64,000 bases of DNA from Spirochaetia bacterium (GTDB taxonomy: Bacteria; Spirochaetota; Spirochaetia; SZUA-6; Bin103). The stretch covers positions 768,001 through 832,000 of the forward strand of contig CBDATQ010000001.1 of the NCBI GenBank assembly GCA_965199955.1, written 5' to 3'. A model generated the notes under the pieces. That model saw only the letters and a program-made list of their open reading frames with translations. It had not been told where the DNA came from and did not search any database. Positions 30,108 through 39,626 of the stretch are shown here, one piece after another. Each line of letters begins with the position of its first letter. The first letter of the stretch is position 1. A program made the position numbers and the translations under genes.

Positions 30108-30871
30108 CGACGCGGCAGCGGGATTTCTTTGCGGCCAAAGGGTTTCTCAATCTGGGACCGGTTCTGGACCGGGATGAGACCGCCTGCTTCGAAGCGATGT
30201 TCGACGACGATCGCCTGCGGCATCCCTACTTCTGGCACGCCTCCGGGCATCATCAGCACGCCAACTACGACGCGCTGGTGACCTCACCGCGGTTCGACGA
30301 ACTGATTCGGCATCCGCGTCTGCTGCCGGCGATAGAGGAATTGATGGGTGGGCCGGTCTGCTTCGGCGAGATCGGGTTGCGTTCCATGGGGCCGTACGAT
30401 GGCGCGCTCCATCGGGACTGGCACCGCGACCGGGCGCACTGGCATGACCATCCGCTCCGCATGGACTACCTGCAACTCGTGGTCTACTTCCGCGACGTGG
30501 ATGCGGGCACTCACTGCCTGTCGCTGTCGCCGGAGTCCGTTGCCGACCCGGTGCTGGACGACCAGGCGGCGCAGCTTGTCCGCGGCGGCGTCCACGATCT
30601 GCATGGTCCGGCGGGCACCTGTGCGCTGTTCAACGTATCGGTGCTGCACACGGCGACCACACGGCCGACGCAGCAGATCCGCAAGACGGCGCAAATCTAT
30701 TACGGCCACCGGCACCGTGCCCCGCTGGCGAACGACTCGGCGATTCCGGCCACGTTCTGGCGCGACTCTCCCGACGCCGAGACACGAGCCTTCTACGGGG
30801 TGTTGAACGACCGTACGCGGCTCTACCTGAAGGCATTCGGACCACCGCCACATGAGGAGGCGCGCCCGTGA
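30104..30871 (+). CDS. PhyH-family dioxygenase
   Basis: FAAKGFL, WHRD and VLHTAT....RK motifs; ATGA/GTGA overlaps on both sides. Confidence 0.75.
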   Translation: MTTRQRDFFAAKGFLNLGPVLDRDETACFEAMFDDDRLRHPYFWHASGHHQHANYDALVTSPRFDELIRHPRLLPAIEELMGGPVCFGEIGLRSMGPYDGALHRDWHRDRAHWHDHPLRMDYLQLVVYFRDVDAGTHCLSLSPESVADPVLDDQAAQLVRGGVHDLHGPAGTCALFNVSVLHTATTRPTQQIRKTAQIYYGHRHRAPLANDSAIPATFWRDSPDAETRAFYGVLNDRTRLYLKAFGPPPHEEARP

Positions 30872-32598
30872 TGGACCACGGCGTGGACCCGGTCACGCGC
30901 GAGATCGTCAAGAACGCGCTGGCCGCCGCCGCCGACGAGATGGCGATCGCCCTCTACCGCACCGCCTACTCGACGATCGTGCGCGACTGCCTGGACTACT
31001 CCACCTCGCTCTGTGACGGCGAAGGACAGATGATCGCGCAGGGGGTGACCATCCCCCTGCACCTGGGCTCGGTGCCGTTCGCGATGGAGACGCTGTTCGC
31101 CAGGTACGGCGACGACATGGAGCCCGGCGACGTCTTCATCCTCAACGACCCCTTCGAGGGCGGGATGCACATCCCGGACATTTTCATCGTCAAGCCCATC
31201 TACTGGGAGGGAGCGCGCATCGCCTTTTCCGTGTCCACCGCCCACCACCTCGACCTCGGCGGGCGGCTGCCCGGCAGCTCGGCGTGCGACAACACCGAGA
31301 CCTTCCAGGACGGCCTGCGCATCCCGTGGCTGAAGCTGCATCGCCGCGGCGAGCCGGATCAGGCGCTGCTGGCGATGATACGGGTCAACGTGCGCGTCCC
31401 GGAGATGACGCTCGGCGACCTGCGCGCGCAGGTGGCAGCCTGCCACACCGGCGAGCGCGCCGTACACGAGCTGGTGCGGCGCTACGGCCCCGACACCTTC
31501 CGCGCCTGCACGGCCGACCTGATCGACTACACCGAGCGGCTGGTGCGCGCCGAGATCGCGCGCTGGCCGGATGGCACGCACACCTTCACCGACTACATGA
31601 ACTCCGACGGGGTGGGCGGCCCGCCGGTGAAGCTGCACGTGGCGCTGACGGTCGCCGGCGACAGCCTGACCGCGGACTTCACCGGCAGCGCGGCGCAGGT
31701 GCCGGGAGCGATCAACAACACCTACTCCTTCACCTTCTCGGTGGCCTGTTTGTGCGTGCGCGCCGCATTGCGCCTGGACCTGCCCAACACTGCCGGCATG
31801 TTCCGGCCGATCTCGGTCATCGCCCCGGCGGGGACGGTGCTGAACGTGGTGATGCCGGGCGCGTCGTCGATGCGCGGCATCACCGGCTTCCGGCTGGCCG
31901 ACCTGATGTTCGGGGTGCTGGCGCAGTTCGTCCCGCACCGCATCCAGGCGGCCGGCGAGGGCGGCAACTCGCTGGTCGTGCTCGGCGGCCTGCGCCCCGA
32001 CCGGTCGCCTTACGTCTACTACGAGCTGATGACCGGCACGTGGGGCGGGCGCCCGGACCGCGACGCCAACGACGGGCTGTGCAATCCGGCCAACGTCGCC
32101 AGCAACATCCCGGTGGAGGAGGCTGAGAGCAACTACCCGTTGCGGATCGAGCGCTACGGCCTGGTCCGCGACTCGGGCGGGCCAGGCAGGTTCCGCGGCG
32201 GCATGGCCGTGGAGCGGGAGTGGCGGCTGCTGGACGGCCGCGCCCACCTGGCGATCCGCTCCGACCGGCGCGACCACCTGCCGTACGGGCTGTCCGGCGG
32301 CCGGCCGGGCACCGGCTCGATCAACGTGCTGAGCCGGGAGTCAGGCGAGGAGGAGACACTCATCACCATGGTCTCCACGACCATGGAGGCCGGCGAGCGC
32401 CTCTATCACCGGCAGGCCGGCGGCGGCGGCTGGGGCGATCCCCTGGAGCGGGACCCGGAGCTGGTCGCGCAGGACGTCCGCAACGACAAGGTGTCGCTCG
32501 CCTTCGCCTGCGACGACTACGGCGTGGTGCTCGACCCCGACACCCTCGCCGTCGACCACGACGCCACGAAGCGCATCCGCCGGGAGCGGGCACAGTAG
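30868..32598 (+). CDS. Hydantoinase B/oxoprolinase subunit
   Basis: RTAYSTIVR..LDYS, NDPF.GGMH.PD, DSGGPGRFRGG and GGGGWGDPLERDP motifs. Confidence 0.92.
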   Translation: MMDHGVDPVTREIVKNALAAAADEMAIALYRTAYSTIVRDCLDYSTSLCDGEGQMIAQGVTIPLHLGSVPFAMETLFARYGDDMEPGDVFILNDPFEGGMHIPDIFIVKPIYWEGARIAFSVSTAHHLDLGGRLPGSSACDNTETFQDGLRIPWLKLHRRGEPDQALLAMIRVNVRVPEMTLGDLRAQVAACHTGERAVHELVRRYGPDTFRACTADLIDYTERLVRAEIARWPDGTHTFTDYMNSDGVGGPPVKLHVALTVAGDSLTADFTGSAAQVPGAINNTYSFTFSVACLCVRAALRLDLPNTAGMFRPISVIAPAGTVLNVVMPGASSMRGITGFRLADLMFGVLAQFVPHRIQAAGEGGNSLVVLGGLRPDRSPYVYYELMTGTWGGRPDRDANDGLCNPANVASNIPVEEAESNYPLRIERYGLVRDSGGPGRFRGGMAVEREWRLLDGRAHLAIRSDRRDHLPYGLSGGRPGTGSINVLSRESGEEETLITMVSTTMEAGERLYHRQAGGGGWGDPLERDPELVAQDVRNDKVSLAFACDDYGVVLDPDTLAVDHDATKRIRRERAQ

Positions 32599-32716
32599 AT
32601 CCAGAGGCTCTCGCGTCACACTCTGGTCTGCAATCGGCCCATGCACCTCGGGAGTTGCAGGAATGACCGGCTGCCTTCGGCGCTGAGCCGGCCGGATGAC
32701 ACAGGTGCACGTCGGA

Positions 32717-34024
32717 TCAGCCGGTGAACGGGTGTCCGCGGGTGTGGTGGATGATGCCCGGACGCAGCCGCACGCTGCCGTCGGCTGAACGCAGGATGAT
32801 CGGTCCCTCGCGCCAGTTGTAGATGGTGTTGATGCGCATGTAGGGGTGGTCGAGCAACAGCGACGCCATGTACAGCGGGATGCCGAGGTTGTGCTTGCCG
32901 TGCCAGGTGCCCTCCCGGAACCAGCCGGCCGCCTCGTCCCAGTTGTCGAGGAAGGTCAGGAACGAGGCGGCCGTGGCCGCGTCCACCTCCTCCGCGCGGT
33001 AGCCGTTGCCGCGGCAGCGCAGCACGTACAGCACCTGCATCGGGTCGAACACGCTGCACCCCCGGCCGCCGAATCCGCGCTCGCGGTCGGCGCCGCCGAG
33101 AACGAAGTCGATGATGGCGCGCTGGCGCGGGATCTCCCAGCCGAGCCGCTCGTAGGTCACGAACAGCTTGAAGATGCCGTTAACCACATTGGAGTGCGGT
33201 GCCTCGACGCCGGCGTACCACGCGCCGGTAGCCTGATCCTGGCGTGCCTCCAGCCACTGTTGGACGAAGTCGATCACCGCGTCCTCGGGTTGCGCGCAGT
33301 GTGCTCCGCGCACGCCGGCGGCCTGCAGGTGCAGGTGGGTCTCCACCGCCCGCGAGGTCCAGCTTCCGGCCGTCCACGGCGCGTGCCCGGCCCACGTCTC
33401 TTCCAGCCAGCGGCGCGCCTCGGCGACGGTGGCCAAGTAGTCGCGGTTGGACTGGGTGCCGGCCGGCAGACGGTAGCGGTCGGCCATGAACACGCGGTTG
33501 CGGAGTTGCCACTCGAATCCGGACGAGACGTAGCGTTCCGGCGAGGCGATCGCGCCGCCGATGGTGCCGTCCCCTTCCGGGACACGCAGCAGGTTGGCGG
33601 CGGGGTCGAGGTGCTCCAGGACAGCGTCCGTCCAGGCGGCCAGCACGGCCCCGTCGGAGTCCCACGGCGTGTGCGACGGCGGTATGAAACCCAGGGAACG
33701 CAGCTCGCCGAAGGCGCCGAGGGCCATGCTGGATATGAACAGCGCGTGCGCCTCCTCACCCGGCGCGGTGGTGAACAGCCACGGATGCCCGGCGCTGCGG
33801 GTCGCGTCGAAGAACCCGAACGCCCGCTCCAGGCGAGAAGCCATCTCCGCGAAGATGTCGTGCAGCGGGTGCCGCCCGCACGCGGGGCAGGCCGCCTGCG
33901 CCGCGGCGTCCACGGCGTGCACCGCGGTGCAGCGCGGGCAAAAGCAGTACACCTGCCCGCGGGGCCAGGCGCTTGCCGGGAGCAGCAGATGGCTTCCGGC
34001 CGCCCGAGGCTGGTAATCGTCCAT
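32717..34024 (-). CDS. Hypothetical protein (N-terminal CxxC..CxxC zinc ribbon, helical toroid-like domain)
   Basis: CPRC..CPAC; RQDQATGAW motif; homologous to 43946-45112. Confidence 0.6.
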   Translation of the reverse strand: MDDYQPRAAGSHLLLPASAWPRGQVYCFCPRCTAVHAVDAAAQAACPACGRHPLHDIFAEMASRLERAFGFFDATRSAGHPWLFTTAPGEEAHALFISSMALGAFGELRSLGFIPPSHTPWDSDGAVLAAWTDAVLEHLDPAANLLRVPEGDGTIGGAIASPERYVSSGFEWQLRNRVFMADRYRLPAGTQSNRDYLATVAEARRWLEETWAGHAPWTAGSWTSRAVETHLHLQAAGVRGAHCAQPEDAVIDFVQQWLEARQDQATGAWYAGVEAPHSNVVNGIFKLFVTYERLGWEIPRQRAIIDFVLGGADRERGFGGRGCSVFDPMQVLYVLRCRGNGYRAEEVDAATAASFLTFLDNWDEAAGWFREGTWHGKHNLGIPLYMASLLLDHPYMRINTIYNWREGPIILRSADGSVRLRPGIIHHTRGHPFTG

Positions 34025-34148
34025 GTCGAGGATCCTGCCGGCAGGAGATCCGCCCCGCAATCGTCCACGCTGCCAGCGCGGCCGGTTTCCGAGCTGCGAC
34101 CGGCCCGGTACCCTGCGCGGCGACTTGACGGGAGAAAGGAGACCGAGT

Positions 34149-34643
34149 GTGAGCGACGTGCCGACGTACGTGCTGGAGCGGGAGTTCGATGCGCCGCGCG
34201 GGCTGGTGTGGAAGGTCTGGACCGATGCGGAGCTGCTGCCGCGCTGGTACGGGCCGGGGGTGGAGACGATCGTCCACCGCCTGGAGGTGAAGCCCGGCGG
34301 GCTGTGGCTGGGCGAGATGCGCATGGGAGGCGGCTCCCACTATCAGCGGGTCGAGTACACGGAGGTCACGCCGCCGGAGCGGCTGGTCTGGCTGCACTCC
34401 GTCTGCGACGCGGACTGGAATGTCAACGCCAACCCGATGATGCCGGACTGGCCACGGGTGCTTCTGACCACCGTGACCTTCGAGGACCACGGCGGCCGTA
34501 CCCGGCTGCGGCTGACTTGGGCGCCTCACGAGGCAAGCGCGGCGGAGACCGCCGCCTTTGCCGGCGCGATGGACCGCCTGGACCGGGGCTGGGGCGCCGG
34601 CATGGAGTTGATCGGCGAGTTGCTGGCCGAAATGCAGGGGTAA
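34149..34643 (+). CDS. SRPBCC/AHSA1 domain protein
   Basis: LEREFDAPR.LVWKVWTD...WYGP, PPERLV and GW motifs; AAGGAG Shine-Dalgarno. Confidence 0.88.
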   Translation: MSDVPTYVLEREFDAPRGLVWKVWTDAELLPRWYGPGVETIVHRLEVKPGGLWLGEMRMGGGSHYQRVEYTEVTPPERLVWLHSVCDADWNVNANPMMPDWPRVLLTTVTFEDHGGRTRLRLTWAPHEASAAETAAFAGAMDRLDRGWGAGMELIGELLAEMQG

Positions 34644-34733
34644 TGTCGTGTGCCCTCGCTCTTTACCGGTTTCGGGGGCCGTGCGATGATTCGCCGCACC
34701 AATCAACGACCGTGCCGAGTTGAGGAGGCAACG

Positions 34734-36248
34734 ATGAAACGATTGATTCTGGTGGCCGGAGCGCTGGCTCTGGCCGCGACAGGCGCCTTCGCCGCCGCCG
34801 AAGCAGAGGGAGCGGCGGACGCGATCTACGACGTGAAGGTGTTCTACGAGTTCTCGAAGGACCGCCTGCCGCAGGAGCATCCCTATCACGCCGATCTCGC
34901 GCTGGACAAGTTCGGGTTGCGCTTCGAGTACGACTTCGTGGCCGGCGGTTCCACCGTCGAGAAGACGGACCTGCTGTTCGCGGCAGGCGACTACTACGAC
35001 ATGCATCCGTATGGACTGCGCGTCTGGGAGGTCAACCGCTGGGCCATGGACGGCCACATCGTGCCGCTCTCCGACCACTGGGAGGACCTGCCCAACTACC
35101 GGAAGTGGTGGACGGACGACGAGTGGGCGACGGTCGATGCGTTCAACGCGGCCCCCGACGGCAAGATGTACATGCTGCTGTCCAAGAACCCGCGCACCAT
35201 CAGCCGCGGCTTCGTCTACCGCAAGGACCTCGTCGAGGACGCCGGCCTGGAGTGGCCGACGACCATCGACGGGTACACGGAGCTGCTCAGGGCGCTGAAG
35301 GCCAACAACCCCGACCACTATCCGCTGTTCACGCGCGGCCAGGGCGGCATCTTCACCGACGTCTTCTACAACACGTGGCGGACCACGGCGGGCGTGCACT
35401 TCGACATCGACTCGGGTGAGCTGGTCTATGGCGCTGCCACCGACAAGATGAGGGAGCTGATCAAGTACTTCACCGGGATCTACGCCGAGGGCCTGATGGA
35501 TGCGGAGTTCCTGACCAACACCCGCGAGCGGGAGAACGAGATCCTGTACGTGGCCAACACCGCGATCACCACCCCGAACTGGACCGGCAACGTCCCGTAC
35601 ATGAACAACACGTCGCGCAAGGCCACCCCGGAAGTCACCTGGACCCACTCCTTCATCCCGCTGCTGTCGGCGCCGGGCGCCGAGGCGATCATCAATCCGG
35701 AGACCGTGTACTACCCCTGGGGTCCGTTCCTGACCACCAATTCGGAGGGTGAGAAGCTGGACCGGTTGATCGCCTACCTGAACTGGATCATGGACGGCGA
35801 GGGCCTGGTGGCGCGCTACTTCGGTGAGGAAGGCGTGGACTTCGAGTACCAGGACGGCAAGCCCGTCTACCTGCCGCACATGCGCACCCCGGACAACCCC
35901 GACGGCGTCCAGGGCTGGGAGATAGGGCTGGAGAACTACCCGATCTTCCACCCCGACCGTCCGATGAGCGAGGGCGACCGGATCTATGGGGAGATGACCG
36001 CGTGGGCCGTGGGCAAGCCGTTCATCAGGAAGATCGCCTGGGGCTTCAACGAGACCGAGGAGAAGGATCGCGCCGACGTGCAGACGGTGGTGGACGACAC
36101 CTGGAAGCAGTACCGCGCCAAGTTCGTCCTGGGCGAGCTGGACGCGTCCGACGACGCACACTGGCAGGAGTACCTGGACGCTCTGGACAACGCCGGCGTC
36201 GAGCGCCTGCTGCAGCTCTACCAGGGAGCCTACGACCGCAACTATTGA
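34734..36248 (+). CDS. Extracellular solute-binding protein (carbohydrate ABC)
   Basis: GAGGAGG Shine-Dalgarno, signal peptide, APDGKMY, YRKD...GL..PTT and W..Y...L...G motifs. Confidence 0.9.
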   Translation: MKRLILVAGALALAATGAFAAAEAEGAADAIYDVKVFYEFSKDRLPQEHPYHADLALDKFGLRFEYDFVAGGSTVEKTDLLFAAGDYYDMHPYGLRVWEVNRWAMDGHIVPLSDHWEDLPNYRKWWTDDEWATVDAFNAAPDGKMYMLLSKNPRTISRGFVYRKDLVEDAGLEWPTTIDGYTELLRALKANNPDHYPLFTRGQGGIFTDVFYNTWRTTAGVHFDIDSGELVYGAATDKMRELIKYFTGIYAEGLMDAEFLTNTRERENEILYVANTAITTPNWTGNVPYMNNTSRKATPEVTWTHSFIPLLSAPGAEAIINPETVYYPWGPFLTTNSEGEKLDRLIAYLNWIMDGEGLVARYFGEEGVDFEYQDGKPVYLPHMRTPDNPDGVQGWEIGLENYPIFHPDRPMSEGDRIYGEMTAWAVGKPFIRKIAWGFNETEEKDRADVQTVVDDTWKQYRAKFVLGELDASDDAHWQEYLDALDNAGVERLLQLYQGAYDRNY

Positions 36249-36271
36249 GCCGCTCTCGGCTTGAACGTTTC

Positions 36272-36303
36272 GACGGGCATCTCCAAGTTTGGAGATGCCC
36301 GTC
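36272..36303 (+). terminator. Perfect 15-bp stem hairpin between binding-protein and permease genes
   Basis: GACGGGCATCTCCAA-GT-TTGGAGATGCCCGTC; no U-tract, so more likely mRNA-stabilising than terminating. Confidence 0.6.
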
Positions 36304-36325
36304 CTGGTCATGAGGTGATGGTGAG

Positions 36326-37291
36326 ATGCGGAGCGCGGTAGCGCCCACCGAAGTCCCCGTGAAGGGCGTGGGCTCGCAGAGCGTCTGGGAGCGCCAGACG
36401 CGCAAGATCCGCGCCTCCAAGTATCTGCTGCTGCTCGTGCTGCCGGGGTTCGTCTGGTACGTGATCTTCCAGTACGTCCCCATGTACGGGGTCACCATCG
36501 CCTTCAAGGACTTCAGCCTCCGCCAGGGCGTCCTGGGCAGCCCGTGGATCGGGTTCGACAGCTTCGAACGGTTCTTCAACTACCCCCATTTCTGGCGGAT
36601 CATCCGCAACACCTTCCTGACCAGCTTCTACACCATGCTGTTCGGCTTCCCGGCGCCGATCATCTTCGCGCTGGCGCTGAACGAGGTGGTCAACCGCACC
36701 TACCAGCGAACGGTGCAGACGGTCAGCTTCCTGCCCCACTTCATCGCCATGCCGGCGGTGGTGGGCATGCTGGTCCTGGCGCTCTCCCCCTCTACCGGGT
36801 TCGTGAACGTGATCCTGGGCGCGTTCGGGATCGATCCGATCTATTTCATGATCAAGCCGCGCTGGCACCGGCCGCTCTACGTGATCTCCGACATCTGGCA
36901 GAACGTCGGCTGGGGCGCGATCCTCTACTTGGCGCAGCTCTCGCGGGTCGATCCGGAACAGTACGAGGCGGCGACCGTCGACGGCGCGTCGCGCCTGCGC
37001 AAGATGTGGCACATCAGCCTGCCGGCGCTGACGCCGGTCATCTCGATCCTGCTCATCCTGCGCATCGGCGGACTGCTCTCGGTCGGCCCGGAGAAAGTTA
37101 TCCTGATGTACAACGACCTCACGCTCGAGACCGCCGACGTGATCGGCTCGTACGTGTACCGGCGCGGGCTGCTGCGGCAGGAGTTCAGTTACGGTGCCGC
37201 AGTCGGTCTGCTCAACTCCGTGATCAGCCTGGTCCTGGTGGTGCTGGCCAACACGGCCGCCAGGCGGTTCAGCGAGTACCGGCTCTGGTAG
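36326..37291 (+). CDS. Carbohydrate ABC permease (LplB/YteP type)
   Basis: QYVPMYG, SPWIG and EAA loop YEAATVDGAS. Confidence 0.92.
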   Translation: MRSAVAPTEVPVKGVGSQSVWERQTRKIRASKYLLLLVLPGFVWYVIFQYVPMYGVTIAFKDFSLRQGVLGSPWIGFDSFERFFNYPHFWRIIRNTFLTSFYTMLFGFPAPIIFALALNEVVNRTYQRTVQTVSFLPHFIAMPAVVGMLVLALSPSTGFVNVILGAFGIDPIYFMIKPRWHRPLYVISDIWQNVGWGAILYLAQLSRVDPEQYEAATVDGASRLRKMWHISLPALTPVISILLILRIGGLLSVGPEKVILMYNDLTLETADVIGSYVYRRGLLRQEFSYGAAVGLLNSVISLVLVVLANTAARRFSEYRLW

Positions 37292-37292
37292 C

Positions 37293-38210
37293 ATGATCAC
37301 CGACACTTCGGTCTCGGGCCGGATGAGCTGGCTGGCGGTGCACGCGATGGTGCTCCTGGTGCTCCTGACCACCCTCTATCCAGTGCTGCACATCGCCAGC
37401 GTATCGTTTAGCGACGACGTGTCGGTGATGGGCAACCGCGTGACCTTCTATCCGGTCAACTTCAACCTGCGCGCCTACCAGCTCATCTTCTCCTCGCCGC
37501 TGATTCCCAACGCGTTCAAGAACGCAGTGATCTATACCGTGGTCGGCACCGTCGTGAACATGCTGCTGACCACCACCATGGCCTACGCGCTCTCGAAGCC
37601 GCGCCTGGCGTTCCGCGGCCTGATCACCGCGGCGGTGATATTCACCTTCTTCTTCGGCGGAGGACTGATTCCCACCTTCCTGCTGGTGCGCCGCCTTGGC
37701 ATGTACAATACCATCTGGGCGCTGGCCATGCCTGCTGCCATCAGCACGTTTTATCTAATCGTCATGCGCACCTTTTTCCAGACTCTGCCACAGGAGCTGG
37801 AGGACTCGGCGGTCGTGGACGGCGCCAACGACATCACGATTTTTTTCAGGATCATGCTGCCGATCTCCAAGGCAGCGGTGGCTACCATCACCTTGTTCTA
37901 CGCGGTGAGCCACTGGAACTCTTGGTTTCCGGCAGTCGTCTATTTCAGCAAGGCGGAGCGCTACCCGCTGCAGGTGATCCTTCGCCAGATCGTGATCGAG
38001 AACCAGATGACCGAGGCGCTGCTGGAACGCGGCGAGATGGCGGCGGCGCGGGCCATGGATGAGCAGGAGCAGAGCGACCAGCTCATCGCATCGGTGGACC
38101 GCATCAAGTTCGCGACCCTGTTCGCTTCCATCGTGCCGATGCTGATCATCTACCCGTTCATCCAGCGCTACTTCGTGCGCGGCCTGATGATCGGCTCCCT
38201 CAAGGGCTGA
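37293..38210 (+). CDS. Carbohydrate ABC permease
   Basis: FGGGLIPTF, ELEDSAVVDGAN and YPFIQRYFV.G..IGSLKG motifs. Confidence 0.92.
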   Translation: MITDTSVSGRMSWLAVHAMVLLVLLTTLYPVLHIASVSFSDDVSVMGNRVTFYPVNFNLRAYQLIFSSPLIPNAFKNAVIYTVVGTVVNMLLTTTMAYALSKPRLAFRGLITAAVIFTFFFGGGLIPTFLLVRRLGMYNTIWALAMPAAISTFYLIVMRTFFQTLPQELEDSAVVDGANDITIFFRIMLPISKAAVATITLFYAVSHWNSWFPAVVYFSKAERYPLQVILRQIVIENQMTEALLERGEMAAARAMDEQEQSDQLIASVDRIKFATLFASIVPMLIIYPFIQRYFVRGLMIGSLKG

Positions 38211-38399
38211 GCCGGCGCCCGGCAAGCTCGACAGCGACGCGCTGGTCTCCCGCAAACACCAGCAGTGCGGACACACCACAGCACAATGTTCTCGCGTTCC
38301 GTCTCATCGCTCCAACCTCCCGCGAAGAACACCTCAGGATACCACCGCTCAAGCCCGCGAGCGAAACCCTTGGCAGCCGGCGCGGGACTGGCGGATGAC

Positions 38400-38953
38400 G
38401 CGGAGACCGCCACGCTTCGCCAGGCGGCCGAGCGGGGGAATCCCGTGGCTCAACTCAGGCTCGCCCGGCTCATCGCCCCGGGTCTGACGACGCTCCTCGC
38501 CGGTCCGCCCGCGCCTGAGGATGCCGACCCCGAAGCCTACGCCGACGCCGCGAAGTGGTACCGCCTGGCGGCGGGACAGGGAGAGCCGGCTGCCCAGCGC
38601 GCCTTGGGGAGTCTGTACCTCCGCGGCAACGGAGTTGCGCAGAACGCCTGCGAATCCGCCAGGTGGCACCACCGTGCAGCCGTGCAGGGGGACCGCTTGG
38701 CTCGGCACAGCCTTGCCGAGCTGTATGAGACCGTCGGCGTGCTGCAGGGCTACGTCGTGGCGGCGTGGTGGTACCGCCGCGCCGCCGAATGACCGATAAG
38801 CAGATCGCGGAAGCTCGCCGCGCCGCCCGCGACTGGGACGCGACGCACCAGCGATCTCCCGGTGAGTGGTACATGGCCAACCGGGATGCGCCCGTCTGGC
38901 GGTCCGAGGTCGCCTGCCAGCCGGCTACCGAGGTGGCAAGCGCGGACTCCTGA
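38400..38953 (+). pseudogene. Sel1-like repeat protein remnant
   Basis: AAKWYRLAAGQG..AQ..LG.LY..G.GV.QN repeats; MTDKQIAEARR tail in another frame. Confidence 0.7.
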
Positions 38954-38955
38954 GC

Positions 38956-39441
38956 CTAAGCGACGCCCTCCCGCGGCTTGTCGGGCGGCTGGTTGCGGCT
39001 GCTCCAGAACAAGCCTTCGATGATTCCCTCGATTTTGGACAACCGGTCGCCGACGTCGACCATCCTCGCGGTGAGCTCCTTGAAGCCGGCCTTCATCTCC
39101 TCTCTGATGGAATTGTCGCCGGCCTTCATCTCCTCTCCGATGGCGTTGTAACCGGCCCTCATCTCCTCTCTGATTGCGCTTTCGCCGGCTTTCGCTTCCT
39201 CTCTGATGGAGTTGTCGCCGGCCTTCATCTCCTCTCTGAGCCTGATCATCTCCTTCTTGAGCTCGTTATCGCCGGTCTCCATCTTGTCCTCGAGTCTCGT
39301 TCCGAGCGCTTTCATCTCCTCTCGTAGCTCGGTGCGTACTTCGCGGATGTCCCGGCGGATCCCACGCATGGCCGCGAACATGGCGGTGCCGAGAGTGATG
39401 GCCGCTGCGATGATCCCGATCAATTCCGTACTCACGTACAC
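38956..39441 (-). CDS. Membrane-anchored coiled-coil protein with 11-aa repeats
   Basis: GGGAGAG Shine-Dalgarno before GTG; N-terminal hydrophobic helix; REEMKAGDNSI repeats; RLSKIEG. Confidence 0.75.
   Translation of the reverse strand: MYVSTELIGIIAAAITLGTAMFAAMRGIRRDIREVRTELREEMKALGTRLEDKMETGDNELKKEMIRLREEMKAGDNSIREEAKAGESAIREEMRAGYNAIGEEMKAGDNSIREEMKAGFKELTARMVDVGDRLSKIEGIIEGLFWSSRNQPPDKPREGVA
39085..39240 (-). repeat. 33-bp coding tandem repeat, about 4.7 copies
   Basis: Units start at 39085, 39118, 39151, 39184 and 39217. Confidence 0.9.
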
Positions 39442-39626
39442 CTCTCCCGGGCCTTCCGTTCCTCTTTCGGAATCCTACCGGCCGATCGACGCGGTGTCAC
39501 ACGCGGGTTGCGCGTCGTCCCGTTGCCGTACGTACCGTTTCGGACCGACATCGGAGGTGGAACGCCTTCGTACATGGCAACGGAGCGCGTGGCGCTGCCG
39601 CTTCAATGGGTCGCTCCTGATGAGCG

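Noticed and set aside
39085..39240. CRISPR-like array
   Set aside because: Contiguous in-frame coding repeats without unique spacers; no cas genes.
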